DNA from: Auanema rhodensis | Lineage: Eukaryota; Animalia; Nematoda | Direction of reading: 5' to 3' | Assembly (NCBI GenBank): GCA_964057225.1 | Contig: OZ059895.1 | Coordinates: forward strand, 14,694,001 to 14,758,000 | DNA length: 64,000 nucleotides | Shown here: piece by piece, positions 24,787-38,676 of the stretch | How the letters are laid out: the number at the start of each line of letters is the position of its first letter | Position numbering within the stretch: position 1 is the stretch's first letter | Translations under genes and position numbers: made by a program | The notes under the pieces: generated by a model | Told to the model about the DNA's origin: nothing | Database searches by the model: none | The model's input: the letters and a program-made list of their open reading frames with translations, nothing else

Positions 24787-27700
24787 ATGGCTGGCGCTGT
24801 CAAGGAGAGAAAGAAGGTAGCCCAACTTCTCGAGGGCGAGGAGAAAATCCAACAGCTCTGGGAACAAGCTAAGGTTTTTGAAGAGGATGCCAGTGACAGG
24901 TAGATTTTCTTGGTTTTTTTGCTTAGATATGTGACATGTTTATCTAATTCAGCAAAGCCCCCAAATACTTGGTCACTTTTCCATATCCTTACATGAATGG
25001 AAGACTTCACTTAGGTCATACTTTCACTCTTTCTAAGTGTGAGGTGAGTATAGTCATTTTTTTTGGTTGAAGATCTTTTCTTTTAGTTTGCTGCTGGATA
25101 TCATCGTCTGAAGGGAGAGAAATGTTTATTCCCATTCGGTTTCCATTGTACTGGTATGCCAATTAAGGCTTGTGCTGACAAGCTTACCCGTGAGATGAAG
25201 GATTATGGTTTCCCTCCACAGTGAGTTTTTGTATATATTTACATTGTTGTAGCTTAACAAATGTTTTCTTTAAGTATAATATTAGGAATTCGTACACTGT
25301 TTTCTTGAATTTTGTATTTTTCCGGTTTTTCAGATTCCCTGATGCCGAAGTTGAACAGGTTACCGAGGAAATCTCTGAACTTGACAAATTGATGAAAGAT
25401 AAGAGCAAGGGAAAGAAGGTACAACACACGTTGTTCTGATTTTTTAATTTCAATATTTTCAGAGTAAAGCAGTTGCTAAAACTGGAAATGCTAAATATCA
25501 ATGGCAGATCATGCAATCTTTGGGATTGTCTGATGAAGAAATTGCCAAGTTCGCTGATCCACAGTACTGGCTCACTTATTTCCCACCTCACTGCATGGCT
25601 GACATGAAGAGAATGGGTAGCAAGGTGAACATATGGAATTGAACCATAAATATTACTTTGCTTCTCAGGTTGATTGGCGCCGTTCCTTCATTACCACTGA
25701 TGCTAATCCATATTACGATTCATTTGTGAGATGGCAATTCAACAAACTTCGTGCCGCTAAGAAGATCGATTTTGGAAAAAGGTTTGACATATGTTTATGT
25801 AATTACATATTTACATATTGTTATTTAGATATACTATCTATTCTCCTAAGGATGGACAACCTTGTATGGATCACGATCGTTCAAGTGGAGAAGGAGTTGG
25901 ACCTCAAGAATACACTCTTATCAAGCTTCAGGTATACTCGCTTAGTTTGTCGATTATGCAAATTTAATTAGGTTCTTGATCCTAAACCAGCTGCACTTCA
26001 ACACATTAAAGAGCCACTTTTCTTGGTTGCTGCTACTCTCCGTCCAGAAACCATGTAAATTGTTTTTTAGAGATAACTCTTAACATTTTGATTTTTAGGT
26101 ATGGACAGACTAACTGCTACCTCCACCCTGACATTGATTATTCTGTTTTCTATGCTGGAGAGAAGGAAGATCAAGTTTTCATTGCTACTGCTAAGTAAAT
26201 TAAAAAAATTTTTTTTTGCTAATTTGCGGAATCTTTCAGGTCTGCTCGTAACATGTCTTATCAAGGCTTGACTGGACAAAACGGAGTTGTCCGTTATGTT
26301 GAGGGATTAGAAAAGGTTCGAAAGTTGAATAGAACATTGAGATAATAAAATCCATTTTCAGATCGCAGGTAGCAAGATTCTGGGAGCTGCTCTTAAGGCT
26401 CCTTTAGCTAAATACGAAAAGGTCTATGCTTTACCTATGCTTACTATTAAGGATGACAAGGGTTTGTGCTTGAGATTTCAATTCACATTTTTATGCTGAG
26501 GTTCAGGTACCGGTGTTGTTACATCAGTTCCATCTGATTCCCCCGATGATTTTGCTGCTCTTTCTGATTTGAAGAAGAAGAAGCCACTCCGTGAGAAGTA
26601 TGGACTCACCGATGAGATGGTTCTGCCATTTGAACCTGTTTGTTCTAATATTTATATTTTTATACTTTAATATCTTTTTAAGGTCCCAATTATCGAAATT
26701 GAAGGATTAGGAAACTTAGCTGCTGTCGAAATGTGCACTCGTTTGAAGATTGACTCTCAAAACGATAAAGTCAAGTTGGAGCAAGCTAAGAAGGAAGTTT
26801 ATTTGAAGGGATTCTATGATGGTGTAAGTAATTACTATTTTTAACGTTGTATTAATTTCAACTTAGGTTATGCTTGTTGGTAAATATGCTGGTCAGAAGA
26901 CTGCTGATGTTAAGAAGACTATTCAGGTTGGATGATGACTCTGTTCATTTTCTATCTTTCTACTCATTATTTTAGACTGATCTTTATGATGAAGGACTTG
27001 CCACCAAGTATGTCGAGCCAGAGAAGAAAATCATCAGTCGTTCTGGAGATGAATGTGTTGTTGCCCTCTGTGATCAATGGTGTGTTTTTCCACTTTCGTC
27101 TTTGAATCCTAATTTTGACTTCAGGTACTTGAACTATGGAGAGCCAGAATGGAAGGCTAAGGCTAAGGAAGCTCTCTCCAAAATGAACACATATTCTGAT
27201 GAGGTATTTGCGATATATTGTTATGGCAATTACTTTGTTTTTTAGGTTCGCAGAAACTTCGAGTACACTATCGACTGGCTTCATGAGTATGCCTGCTCCA
27301 GAAGCTACGGATTGGGTTTGCCTTATTGTAATTTCAATTGACCAATTATTTTTTTAGGAACTAAGCTTCCATGGGATCCTCAATATCTCATTGAGTCTCT
27401 TTCTGATTCTACCATTTACAACTGTTATTATACTGTAGCTCATCTTTTGCAACAGGGAGCCTTAGATGGTTCTGTTGTTGGGCCAGCCGGTATTAAGGCT
27501 GAGCAAATGACTGATGAATGCTGGGATTACGTTTTCCGTGGAGTTGCTTATGATTCCAAGACCATGCCAGCTGCTAAGGAAGCCTTGGATAAATTAAGAA
27601 AGGAGTTCCTCTTCTGGTAAACGAATATTTTCTAATATATAAGTGACCATTTTGCGTTGTTTAGGTATCCAATTGATATGAGAGCTTCCGGAAAGGATTT

Positions 27701-29713
27701 GGTTCAAAATCACTTATCTTATCTTCTTTTCAATCATGTTGCTATTTGGGAAAAGGAAGAACAATTCTGGCCTAAGAGCATCCGCGCCAATGGACATCTT
27801 CTCATTAACAACGAGAAAGTATTTCATTTTTCTTATTTCACTCTCTAATTTTTGTATTTTAGATGTCAAAGAGTACTGGTAACTTCTTGACTCTTACTGA
27901 AGGTATCGAGAAGTTCTCTGCTGACGGTATGCGTCTGTCTTTGGCTGATGCTGGAGATGGTGTCGAAGATGCTAACTTTGTCTTCAGCATGGCTGATGCT
28001 GCTATTCTTCGCTTATACAACCTTATGGATTGGGTTAAGGAAATGGTATAGAATGCTCTCTACTTCTTCGTTCATATATGAGTTTAGATTGATCTCCGTA
28101 AAAAAGGTGTATTCCGCACTGGAGCTTATAACTTTAATGATAGAGTATTCGCTAATGAGATGAATAAGGCTATCCAGCTTACTAACCAGAACTACGAAGA
28201 AACCTTGTTCAAGGAGGCTTTAAAGAATGGATTCTTCGAGTATCAGGTTGAACTTTATTCACCGAAAAGTTTAATAATATAAATTTTTAGACTATCCGCG
28301 ATATTTATCGTGAATTCGGAGGAGGAAACGACTCCAACATGCATATTGATTTAGTCAATAGATTCATTGAAACTCAAGCTATTATCCTTTCACCAATCTG
28401 CCCACATATTGGTGAACAGATTTGGCAACTTCTTGGAAAGGTTTGAGTAACTTAGAATTCCTGTTTAAAGTTTTTTTATTTTTCAGGAAGGATTAATTGT
28501 TAACGCCAAATGGCCTACTACTGAGCCAGTTGATGAGGTTCTCTGCAAAGCTTCTGAATTCTTGAGAGGCACTATGACTGACTTCAGAGCCAGACTGAAG
28601 AATTATCTCAACCCCAAGAAGAAGACAGTAGATGTAAGTTAACATTTTCCTTTTTTAAATTTATAATTTCCATTCTAGATCCAACAACCATCTGATGCTA
28701 CTGTTTGGATTGCTAAGGAATATCCTCTTTGGCAAAAGACAATTCTTCAACTCTTGGAAAAACAAACTGCTGTAAGCATTTCAGTTTTTATTTTAAAATA
28801 TCTTCAAGTATTTAGGATAATGGTGAACTCCCTGATAACAAGGTTATTGCTGGTTTAATTGGCAAGGAAGAGTCACTCAAAAAGTTCGCCAAGAAGGCTA
28901 TGCCCTTCGTTCAAATGGTACATATTTACATAAGATTATGATATTTCAAAAAAAAAGAAGATAATTTTGAATAAAAGGAGTAGTTGCATTTGCACATTAC
29001 AAACGTTTTAAACTATAATTCAATATTTTTTCTTCTAGGTGAAAGAACAGTACAAGGTCAAGGGAAAATCTGCTTTAGAGAGTGCTAGCTCATTCGATCA
29101 AGCTGCTATCCTTATCGAAAATCAAGATTATATTCTCAACTCTCTCGAGCTGGATAGAATCAACATCCGTGATACTTCAGATCCCGCATGTGAAAGCCAA
29201 ATTGCTGAAACAGTTTGTCCCGGAACTCCACTCATCAACTTCTCCGCCCCGGCTGTATGTTCATGTCATCTTGACTTTTTTGGAATATTGTGTCTTTCAG
29301 GAGAAAATCGATGTTGTTGCTCGTAATGTTCATGTGTGCAATTCTCTCTTTGACGTCGTTCTCCCGATTGCTTCTGGAGATAGTGTTGCTATTCTCTGCC
29401 GTAAGCTTAGACGACTTAACCGATCTGTCAAACGTATGGCACTATTAAATATTCTTCTCATAATTCTTATGGTTTTAGCTAGACATAGCCTCTCTCTTTG
29501 GAAATACAATGAGCTTAATGGAGAGCGTAAGTTGAACAGTTTGGAAAACCCACTCGCTGGTCTCGAAAAACTTTCCGAAGAAGGTCTGTCATTTTGTTTT
29601 GTTCTCTTCATTTTTAACTGTTTTCAGCTGTGTTCTCTGTCGATTTTGAGAAAAAAGAAATTTCCGTTTCTGGTGCTCCAGTAGGCTCAACCATCGTCTA
29701 CGTAGCTGAATAA
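24787..29713 (+). CDS. lars-1: Cytosolic leucyl-tRNA synthetase
   Basis: [15 protein letters not shown] (HIGH), [28 protein letters not shown] (editing domain) and KMSKS. Confidence 0.98.
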
Positions 29714-29935
29714 GAGCAGCAGACAATTCAAATTTGTTTTAATTTTATTTTTCACGGTCTGATACTGATTGTTATGGTTAGAGTTGTTAATCTATGTTGT
29801 TTTTGCCGGTCACCATTAAACTTTTTTCCCTGTTTTTACTAGTTCAATGATTATTACTGTTTGAAATAAGTTTTAAAACTTTTAAGTACTTGTTTTCGAT
29901 TTACACAAATCCGAAGTAAGTTAAACTTGATTTAG

Positions 29936-31445
29936 ATGGCTTGTAAAAGTACAACTCCTTCAACAAGTACAGAGAGATGCACGGGGCTATCGTGCGATGG
30001 AGGTAATCATTGCATATCTCGTATAAAATTCTTGTTCCTTATTTAAGCTGCGAAGTTCAAATGTTGTAACTCGCAGAGATCCGGTGTATCGGTAGTGCAA
30101 CAAATCGTGTCGAGTTGTAGTGGGGCTATAGTTACGGCTTTTTTGAGTATGATTCAAGGGGCTAATCTTAATTTATGCTTTGTTTTATAGTGACTCCTAT
30201 GGATGTTGTTAAGATAAGACTACAGCAACAGGCACATTCATTACCACCTGGACAGTGCTTTTACTATTCAAATGGACTAATGGATCATGTTTGTATGCCT
30301 TGTGGAGATAAACAACCTTGTGAATGGTACCAAAGACCAGGAAATTTTTCAGGAACTTTGGTAATATTGTTGATTTCTTGTTTATGGTAATGATTGAATT
30401 ATAATTACAGGATGCATTTGTTAAAATCTCGCGCAATGAAGGTTTACGCTCTCTGTGGAGTGGACTTTCACCAACTTTGTAAGTTATGAATGAGATTTTC
30501 TGATTATTTCGAGAATTAATTAAAGAGTAATGGCCGTACCAGCTACAGTTTTCTATTTCTCAGTTTATGATAATTTGTATGTTCAAATGAAAAAGATGTA
30601 AGTTTCTAATTGCACTAACTTTTAATTTGAAAATTCTTGTAGGTCATGTTGCCGAAGAAGTCAGTATCCTCATTGTTGGATTCCTCCTGATTGGGCTATT
30701 GCTCCATTGTCCGGTGCAACAGCTCGAACAATATCAGTTACCGTTGCTAGTCCTTTAGAAATGATTCGAACTAAGATGCAAAGTGAGAAAATGGGCTACA
30801 GAGGTATGCACTGATCTGTATTACTGTAACTTTCATGGACGTTTAGAAGTTGGCAGAGCAGTTCGAGATTCCATAGCAGCAAGAGGTTACTCTTCCTTTT
30901 TCTTGGGTTGGGCTCCTACTCTCTTTCGTGATATACCTTTCTCAGGTAAAATTCCTCTTATTTAAGCGTTTTTCAAATATCCTTTCAGCTATTTATTGGG
31001 GTGGATATGACTATTTAAAGAGGAAACTTATGATTTTCAAAGGAATTAAGGAAACCACATTTGGAATATCTTTCACTGCTGGAGCTGTTGCCGGCATGCT
31101 AGCTGCTATCATAACTACACCATTCGACGTGGTACAGCTTTAGTTCCATTTTTCAGTTTTTATTTTCTCAATGTTCAGGTTAAAACACACCGTCAAGTGA
31201 CCCTTGGTAGTTCAGAAAAAATACCCTCATCTCGTTCAGTATTTTTCAGTTTGCTTGCAACACGAGGTCCAAAAGCTTTATTTACCGGTTAGTTAACGAC
31301 TATAAATAATTGTATAATATTTTTTGTTGTTTTAGGTGTTATTCCTAGGGTTGTGAAGGTTGCCCCAGCTTGTGCCATAATGATAGGATCTTATGAATTC
31401 TTTAAATTATATTTTGCTAGACAAAACAAAAAAAGCCAATCTTAG
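29936..31445 (+). CDS. Mitochondrial carrier SLC25A39/40 (Mtm1-like)
   Basis: Three carrier motifs (TPMDVVKIRLQ, SPLEMIRTKMQ, TPFDVVKTHRQ), Cys-rich loop CFYYSNGLMDHVC, and RDIPFSAIYW. Confidence 0.93.
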
Positions 31446-31733
31446 GGTATAATTTCTGGTTATATTGTTAGCTCTTTCTAGTTTTATTCAATCTTGTCCA
31501 AAATTTTTATGATCATATTGTTTACTGTTAATTTTGACTGTTAATTTATGAAAAACTTGTATAGAAATAGTTTAATGTGATAGCTTACTAAATAGAACTA
31601 ACGCTAGTTTTTATTAAATTCAAATTTTATTATTAAAGGTTTATTTATTTTTTATTTTCAATTTGTTTCATAACAATCAGTATTTTTCTTTTTTTTAAAC
31701 TTTGTTTCATATTGTTCAAATTATAATTTATAG

Positions 31734-32811
31734 ATGTCCACCTTATCTAGTATTAGTAAGAAGCTTGTGGGTCAACGTACTCACAGAGAGCGTGCTCAGG
31801 TATTACTTTCTATTCATTGATTCGAATTAACTGAATTTTTTACGTTTTAGCCAAGCAATAGGGCTCATCTCGGTATCTTGGAAAAGAAAAAAGATTATAA
31901 AATAAGAGCACAAGACTATAATCAGAAGAGAGATACTCTTAAAAAGCTTCGTACAAAAGCCTTGGATAAAAATCCCGATGAGTATCATCATCATATGCTC
32001 AACAGTGAGGTCAAAGTAAGTTTTATTTTGTGATCACTGAATTTACATTGAGATTCCTTAATTATAGACTGATGGACGTCATTATGATAGGAAAACAACT
32101 GAACAAGAAGAGTTAACAGAAGTTCAAAAAAAACTTTCCAGCATTAAAGATCTTGAATATGTGAAACATAAGCTTCATTTTGAAAAGAAGGTATTTTATT
32201 TTTATTGTTTAAGATTTTGTAAATCAAATAAAAATTTCTAGAAAATTGATGAATTGAAGTCAGAACTTCATTTTGCTGATACAGCTTGTGCTTCTCTTAA
32301 GAATAATCATGTTATATTTGTAGACGATGAGGAAGAAGGTTAGTTATTGCTATTGAGATGTTTAAAGTAAAATTTGAGTTTATAGCCAAATCTTTTGATC
32401 CTGTTGAGTTTTTCCAAACAAGTGAAGATTTGATTGCTAGAAAATTCAACAGACCAAAAACTGAGGATTTAACGGAAAAATCTGTAATCGGAGCTTTCGA
32501 TAAAGAGACTATTAAGGTATTTTCAGCATTAATTCTCGAAATGTAATTCTGTGTTTAGAAATCTGATAGACAGAGACGTGTTAGGTATAATGAATTAATG
32601 AAGCGCATGGAACGTGCAAAAGAATTAGAAGTTGTTGTGGCAAAGCTTCAGTTGAAAAAGGTTCGAATTGAATTGAGCATAAGTTTTAATCCATATTATT
32701 TGAAAGGATTTGGCGAAATCAAGTAGAGATGAGTTAGTTCCGAAGAAAGTGAAACGTGGTGGATCCAAAAAAGCTGCCGTGTACAAATGGACATATGATA
32801 GAAAGCGGTAA
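31734..32811 (+). CDS. U3 snoRNP/SSU processome protein UTP11
   Basis: [10 protein letters not shown]...[17 protein letters not shown]...[10 protein letters not shown]; C-terminus [12 protein letters not shown]. Confidence 0.93.
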
Positions 32812-33132
32812 TCGATTTCCGCCAAATTAATTTGTTGTAACTGTTTTCATTGTTTTCTCTGTTGTTGCATTGTTGAAACTATATGACCATCCAAATAAAA
32901 TAAAACACAAACTAATGTTTAAATATTCTTCATGTCAATATCAAACTGATGCCACAAATCTTTACAAATGTTTTTAGTTTTTTGTTAAATAAGTTTATTA
33001 GAGAAAGATCTTCCTAAAAACTTGATAAACAACATAAAATGAGTTCAAATATACAAATTCTCAGTTTCAGTTCTAAATATCGAGATCTAAATATAATTAT
33101 TTCCGAGTGAGATTTGGCTGTGACTTCTCATA

Positions 33133-36100
33133 TTTCCGGAAAAAGGCTTTATATCGAGCCCATCCACAAGATTTGTTCACAAAAAAGTTCAGGCTGTAGT
33201 CACGTTTGGCCCGGTGATTGTTCGCTTTACTCCAAGATCAGCAACTATGATCAAATTAAAATACTCACAGGTTGGGTATTCAGATGTGTAGATTCTGAAT
33301 TTCCGAAGGAGAATTGACGAGAACTTTTCAATTTTCCGGAAAAAGGCTTTATATCAAGCCCATCCACAAGATTTGTTCACAAAAAAGTTCAGGCTGTAGT
33401 CACGTTTGGCCCGGTGATTGTTCGCTTTACTCCAAGATCAGCAACTATGATCAAATTAAAATACTCACAGGTTGGGTATTCAGATGTGTAGATTCTGAAT
33501 TTCCGGAGGAAAATTGACGAGAACTTTTCAATTTTCCGGAAAAAGGCTTTATATCAAGCCCATCCACAAGATTTGTTCACAAAAAAGTTCAGGCTGTAGT
33601 CACGTTTGGCCCGGTGATTGTTCGCTTTACTCCAAGATCAGCAACTATGATCAAATTAAAATACTCACAGGTTGGGTATTCAGATGTGTAGATTCTGAAT
33701 TTCCGAAGGAGAATTGACGAGAACTTTTCAATTTTCCGGAAAAAGGCTTTATATCAAGCCCATCCACAAGATTTGTTCACAAAAAAGTTCAGGCTGTAGT
33801 CACGTTTGGCCCGGTGATTGTTCGCTTTACTCCAAGATCAGCAACTATGATCTAATTAAAATACTCACTGGTTGGGTATTCAGATGTGTAGATTCTGAAT
33901 TTCCGGAGGAGAATTGACGAGAACTTTTCAATTTTCCGGAAAAAGGCTTTATATCGAGCCCATCCACAAGATTTGTTCACAAAAAAGTTCAGGCTGTAGT
34001 CACGTTTGGCCCGGTGATTGTTCGCTTTACTCCAAGATCAGCAACTATGATCTAATTAAAATACTCACTGGTTGGGTATTCAGATGTGTAGATTCTGAAT
34101 TTCCGAAGGAGAATTGACGAGAACTTTTCAATTTTCCGGAAAAAGGCTTTATATCAAGCCCATCCACAAGATTTGTTCACAAAAAAGTTCAGGCTGTAGT
34201 CACGTTTGGCCCGGTGATTGTTCGCTTTACTCCAAGATCAGCAACTATGATCAAATTAAAATACTCACAGGTTGGGTATTCAGATGTGTAGATTCTGAAT
34301 TTCCGAAGGAGAATTGACGAGAACTTTTCAATTTTCCGGAAAAAGGCTTTATATCAAGCCCATCCACAAGATTTGTTCACAAAAAAGTTCAGGCTGTAGT
34401 CACGTTTGGCCCGGTGATTGTTCGCTTTACTCCAAGATCAGCAACTATGATCAAATTAAAATACTCACAGGTTGGGTATTCAGATGTGTAGATTCTGAAT
34501 TTCCGAAGGAGAATTGACGAGAACTTTTCAATTTTCCGGAAAAAGGCTTTATATCGAGCCCATCCACAAGATTTGTTCACAAAAAAGTTCAGGCTGTAGT
34601 CACGTTTGGCCCGGTGATTGTTCGCTTTACTCCAAGATCAGCAACTATGATCAAATTAAAATACTCACAGGTTGGGTATTCAGATGTGTAGATTCTGAAT
34701 TTCCGAAGGAGAATTGACGAGAACTTTTCAATTTTCCGGAAAAAGGCTTTATATCGAGCCCATCCACAAGATTTGTTCACAAAAAGTTCAGGCTGTAGTC
34801 ACGTTTGGCCCGGTGATTGTTCGCTTTACTCCAAGATCAGCAACTATGATCAAATTAAAATACTCACTGGTTGGGTATTCAGATGTGTAGATTCTGAATT
34901 TCCGAAGGAGAATTGACGAGAACTTTTCAGTTTTCCGGAAAAAGGCTTTATATCGAGCCCATCCACAAGATTTGTTCACAAAAAAGTTCAGGCTGTAGTC
35001 ACGTTTGGCCCGGTGATTGTTCGCTTTACTCCAAGATCAGCAACTATGATCAAATTAAAATACTCACAGGTTGGGTATTCAGATGTGTAGATTCTGAATT
35101 TCCGAAGGAGAATTGACGAGAACTTTTCAATTTTCCGGAAAAAGGCTTTATATCGAGCCCATCCACAAGATTTGTTCACAAAAAAGTTCAGGCTGTAGTC
35201 ACGTTTGGCCCGGTGATTGTTCGCTTTACTCCAAGATCAGCAACTATGATCAAATTAAAATACTCACAGGTTAGGTATTCAGATGTGTAGATTCTGAATT
35301 TCCGAAGGAGAATTGACGAGAACTTTTCAATTTTCCGGAAAAAGGCTTTATATCAAGCCCATCCACAAGATTTGTTCACAAAAAAGTTCAGGCTGTAGTC
35401 ACGTTTGGCCCGGTGATTGTTCGCTTTACTCCAAGATCAGCAACTATGATCAAATTAAAATACTCACTGGTTGGGTATTCAGATGTGTAGATTCTGAATT
35501 TCCGAAGGAGAATTGACGAGAACTTTTCAATTTTCCGGAAAAAGGCTTTATATCGAGCCCATCCACAAGATTTGTTCACAAAAAAGTTCAGGCTGTAGTC
35601 ACGTTTGGCCCGGTGATTGTTCGCTTTACTCCAAGATCAGCAACTATGATCAAATTAAAATACTCACAGGTTGGGTATTCAGATGTGTAGATTCTGAATT
35701 TCCGAAGGAGAATTGACGAGAACTTTTTAATTTTCCGGAAAAAGGCTTTATATCAAGCCCATCCACAAGATTTGTTCACAAAAAAGTTCAGGCTGTAGTC
35801 ACGTTTGGCCCGGTGATTGTTCGCTTTACTCCAAGATCAGCAACTATGATCAAATTAAAATACTCACAGGTTGGGTATTCAGATGTGTAGATTCTGAATT
35901 TCCGAAGGAGAATTGACGAGAACTTTTCAATTTTCCGGAAAAAGGCTTTATATCAAGCCCATCCACAAGATTTGTTCACAAAAAAGTTCAGGCTGTAGTC
36001 ACGTTTGGCCCGGTGATTGTTCGCTTTACTCCAAGATCAGCAACTATGATCAAATTAAAATACTCACTGGTTGGGTATTCAGATGTGTAGATTCTGAATT

Positions 36101-38445
36101 TCCGAAGGAGAATTGACGAGAACTTTTCAATTTTCCGGAAAAAGGCTTTATATCGAGCCCATCCACAAGATTTGTTCACAAAAAAGTTCAGGCTGTAGTC
36201 ACGTTTGGCCCGGTGATTGTTCGCTTTACTCCAAGATCAGCAACTATGATCAAATTAAAATACTCACTGGTTGGGTATTCAGATGTGTAGATTCTGAATT
36301 TCCGAAGGAGAATTGACGAGAACTTTTCAATTTTCCGGAAAAAGGCTTTATATCAAGCCCATCCACAAGATTTGTTCACAAAAAAGTTCAGGCTGTAGTC
36401 ACGTTTGGCCCGGTGATTGTTCGCTTTACTCCAAGATCAGCAACTATGATCAAATTAAAATACTCACAGGTTGGGTATTCAGATGTGTAGATTCTGAATT
36501 TCCGAAGGAGAATTGACGAGAACTTTTCAATTTTCCGGAAAAAGGCTTTATATCAAGCCCATCCACAAGATTTGTTCACAAAAAAGTTCAGGCTGTAGTC
36601 ACGTTTGGCCCGGTGATTGTTCGCTTTACTCCAAGATCAGCAACTATGATCAAATTAAAATACTCACAGGTTGGGTATTCAGATGTGTAGATTCTGAATT
36701 TCCGAAGGAGAATTGACGAGAACTTTTCAATTTTCCGGAAAAAGGCTTTATATCAAGCCCATCCACAAGATTTGTTCACAAAAAAGTTCAGGCTGTAGTC
36801 ACGTTTGGCCCGGTGATTGTTCGCTTTACTCCAAGATCAGCAACTATGATCAAATTAAAATACTCACAGGTTGGGTATTCAGATGTGTAGATTCTGAATT
36901 TCCGAAGGAGAATTGACGAGAACTTTTCAATTTTCCGGAAAAAGGCTTTATATCAAGCCCATCCACAAGATTTGTTCACAAAAAAGTTCAGGCTGTAGTC
37001 ACGTTTGGCCCGGTGATTGTTCGCTTTACTCCAAGATCAGCAACTATGATCAAATTAAAATACTCACAGGTTGGGTATTCAGATGTGTAGATTCTGAATT
37101 TCCGAAGGAGAATTGACGAGAACTTTTCAATTTTCCGGAAAAAGGCTTTATATCAAGCCCATCCACAAGATTTGTTCACAAAAAAGTTCAGGCTGTAGTC
37201 ACGTTTGGCCCGGTGATTGTTCGCTTTACTCCAAGATCAGCAACTATGATCAAATTAAAATACTCACAGGTTGGGTATTCAGATGTGTAGATTCTGAATT
37301 TCCGAAGGAGAATTGACGAGAACTTTTCAATTTTCCGGAAAAAGGCTTTATATCAAGCCCATCCACAAGATTTGTTCACAAAAAAGTTCAGGCTGTAGTC
37401 ACGTTTGGCCCGGTGATTGTTCGCTTTACTCCAAGATCAGCAACTATGATCAAATTAAAATACTCACTGGTTGGGTATTCAGATGTGTAGATTCTGAATT
37501 TCCGAAGGAGAATTGACGAGAACTTTTCAATTTTCCGGAAAAAGGCTTTATATCAAGCCCATCCACAAGATTTGTTCACAAAAAAGTTCAGGCTGTAGTC
37601 ACGTTTGGCCCGGTGATTGTTCGCTTTACTCCAAGATCAGCAACTATGATCAAATTAAAATACTCACAGGTTGGGTATTCAGATGTGTAGATTCTGAATT
37701 TCCGAAGGAGAATTGACGAGAACTTTTCAATTTTCCGGAAAAAGGCTTTATATCAAGCCCATCCACAAGATTTGTTCACAAAAAAGTTCAGGCTGTAGTC
37801 ACGTTTGGCCAGGTGATTGTTCGCTTTACTCCAAGATCAGCAACTATGATCAAATTAAAATACTCACTGGTTGGGTATTCAGATGTGTAGATTCTGAATT
37901 TCCGAAGGAGAATTGACGAGAACTTTTCAATTTTCCGGAAAAAGGCTTTATATCGAGCCCATCCACAAGATTTGTTCACAAAAAAGTTCAGGCTGTAGTC
38001 ACGTTTGGCCCGGTGATTGTTCGCTTTACTCCAAGATCAGCAACTATGATCAAATTAAAATACTCACAGGTTGGGTATTCAGATGTGTAGATTCTGAATT
38101 TCCGAAGGAGAATTGACGAGAACTTTTCAATTTTCCGGAAAAAGGCTTTATATCGAGCCCATCCACAAGATTTGTTCACAAAAAAGTTCAGGCTGTAGTC
38201 ACGTTTGGCCCGGTGATTGTTCGCTTTACTCCAAGATCAGCAACTATGATCAAATTAAAATACTCACAGGTTAGGTATTCAGATGTGTAGATTCTGAATT
38301 TCCGAAGGAGAATTGACGAGAACTTTTCAATTTTCCGGAAAAAGGCTTTATATCAAGCCCATCCACAAGATTTGTTCACAAAAAAGTTCAGGCTGTAGTC
38401 ACGTTTGGCCCGGTGATTGTTCGCTTTACTCCAAGATCAGCAACT
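33133..38445. repeat. Homogeneous tandem satellite, 200-bp unit, ~26.5 copies
   Basis: Near-identical units with a few recurring SNPs (atcg/atca, cacagg/cactgg, gaagg/ggagg) and one 1-bp deletion near 34781. Confidence 0.99.
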
Positions 38446-38676
38446 TTGTTATGCTAGCTAAATATGTTTCGAGTTTTAACATATAATCTTATTCCATGAA
38501 AACAGATATTTGCGAAATAACCCGTATATACGCGGGGAAAATCATGCTATGTAAATACAACTCTTGTATGTAGAACCGATCGCCTCTTTTGAAACATCAA
38601 AAATGAATGTTTTGCATATTTAGCGCCAATTTTGAATTTTAAAAAATTAAGTATATTGTTAAAGATTTTCGATTCA

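Noticed and set aside
33114-38179. Repeated 63-67 aa ORFs in the ORF track
   Set aside because: By-products of the 200-bp satellite: non-ATG starts, unit length not a multiple of 3, and common SNPs create stops.
33133-38445. CRISPR-like array or tandem micro-exon array (minus-strand ttcag...gtgagt in each unit)
   Set aside because: There are no unique spacers and the context is eukaryotic; the 26-nt pseudo-exon is not frame-preserving.
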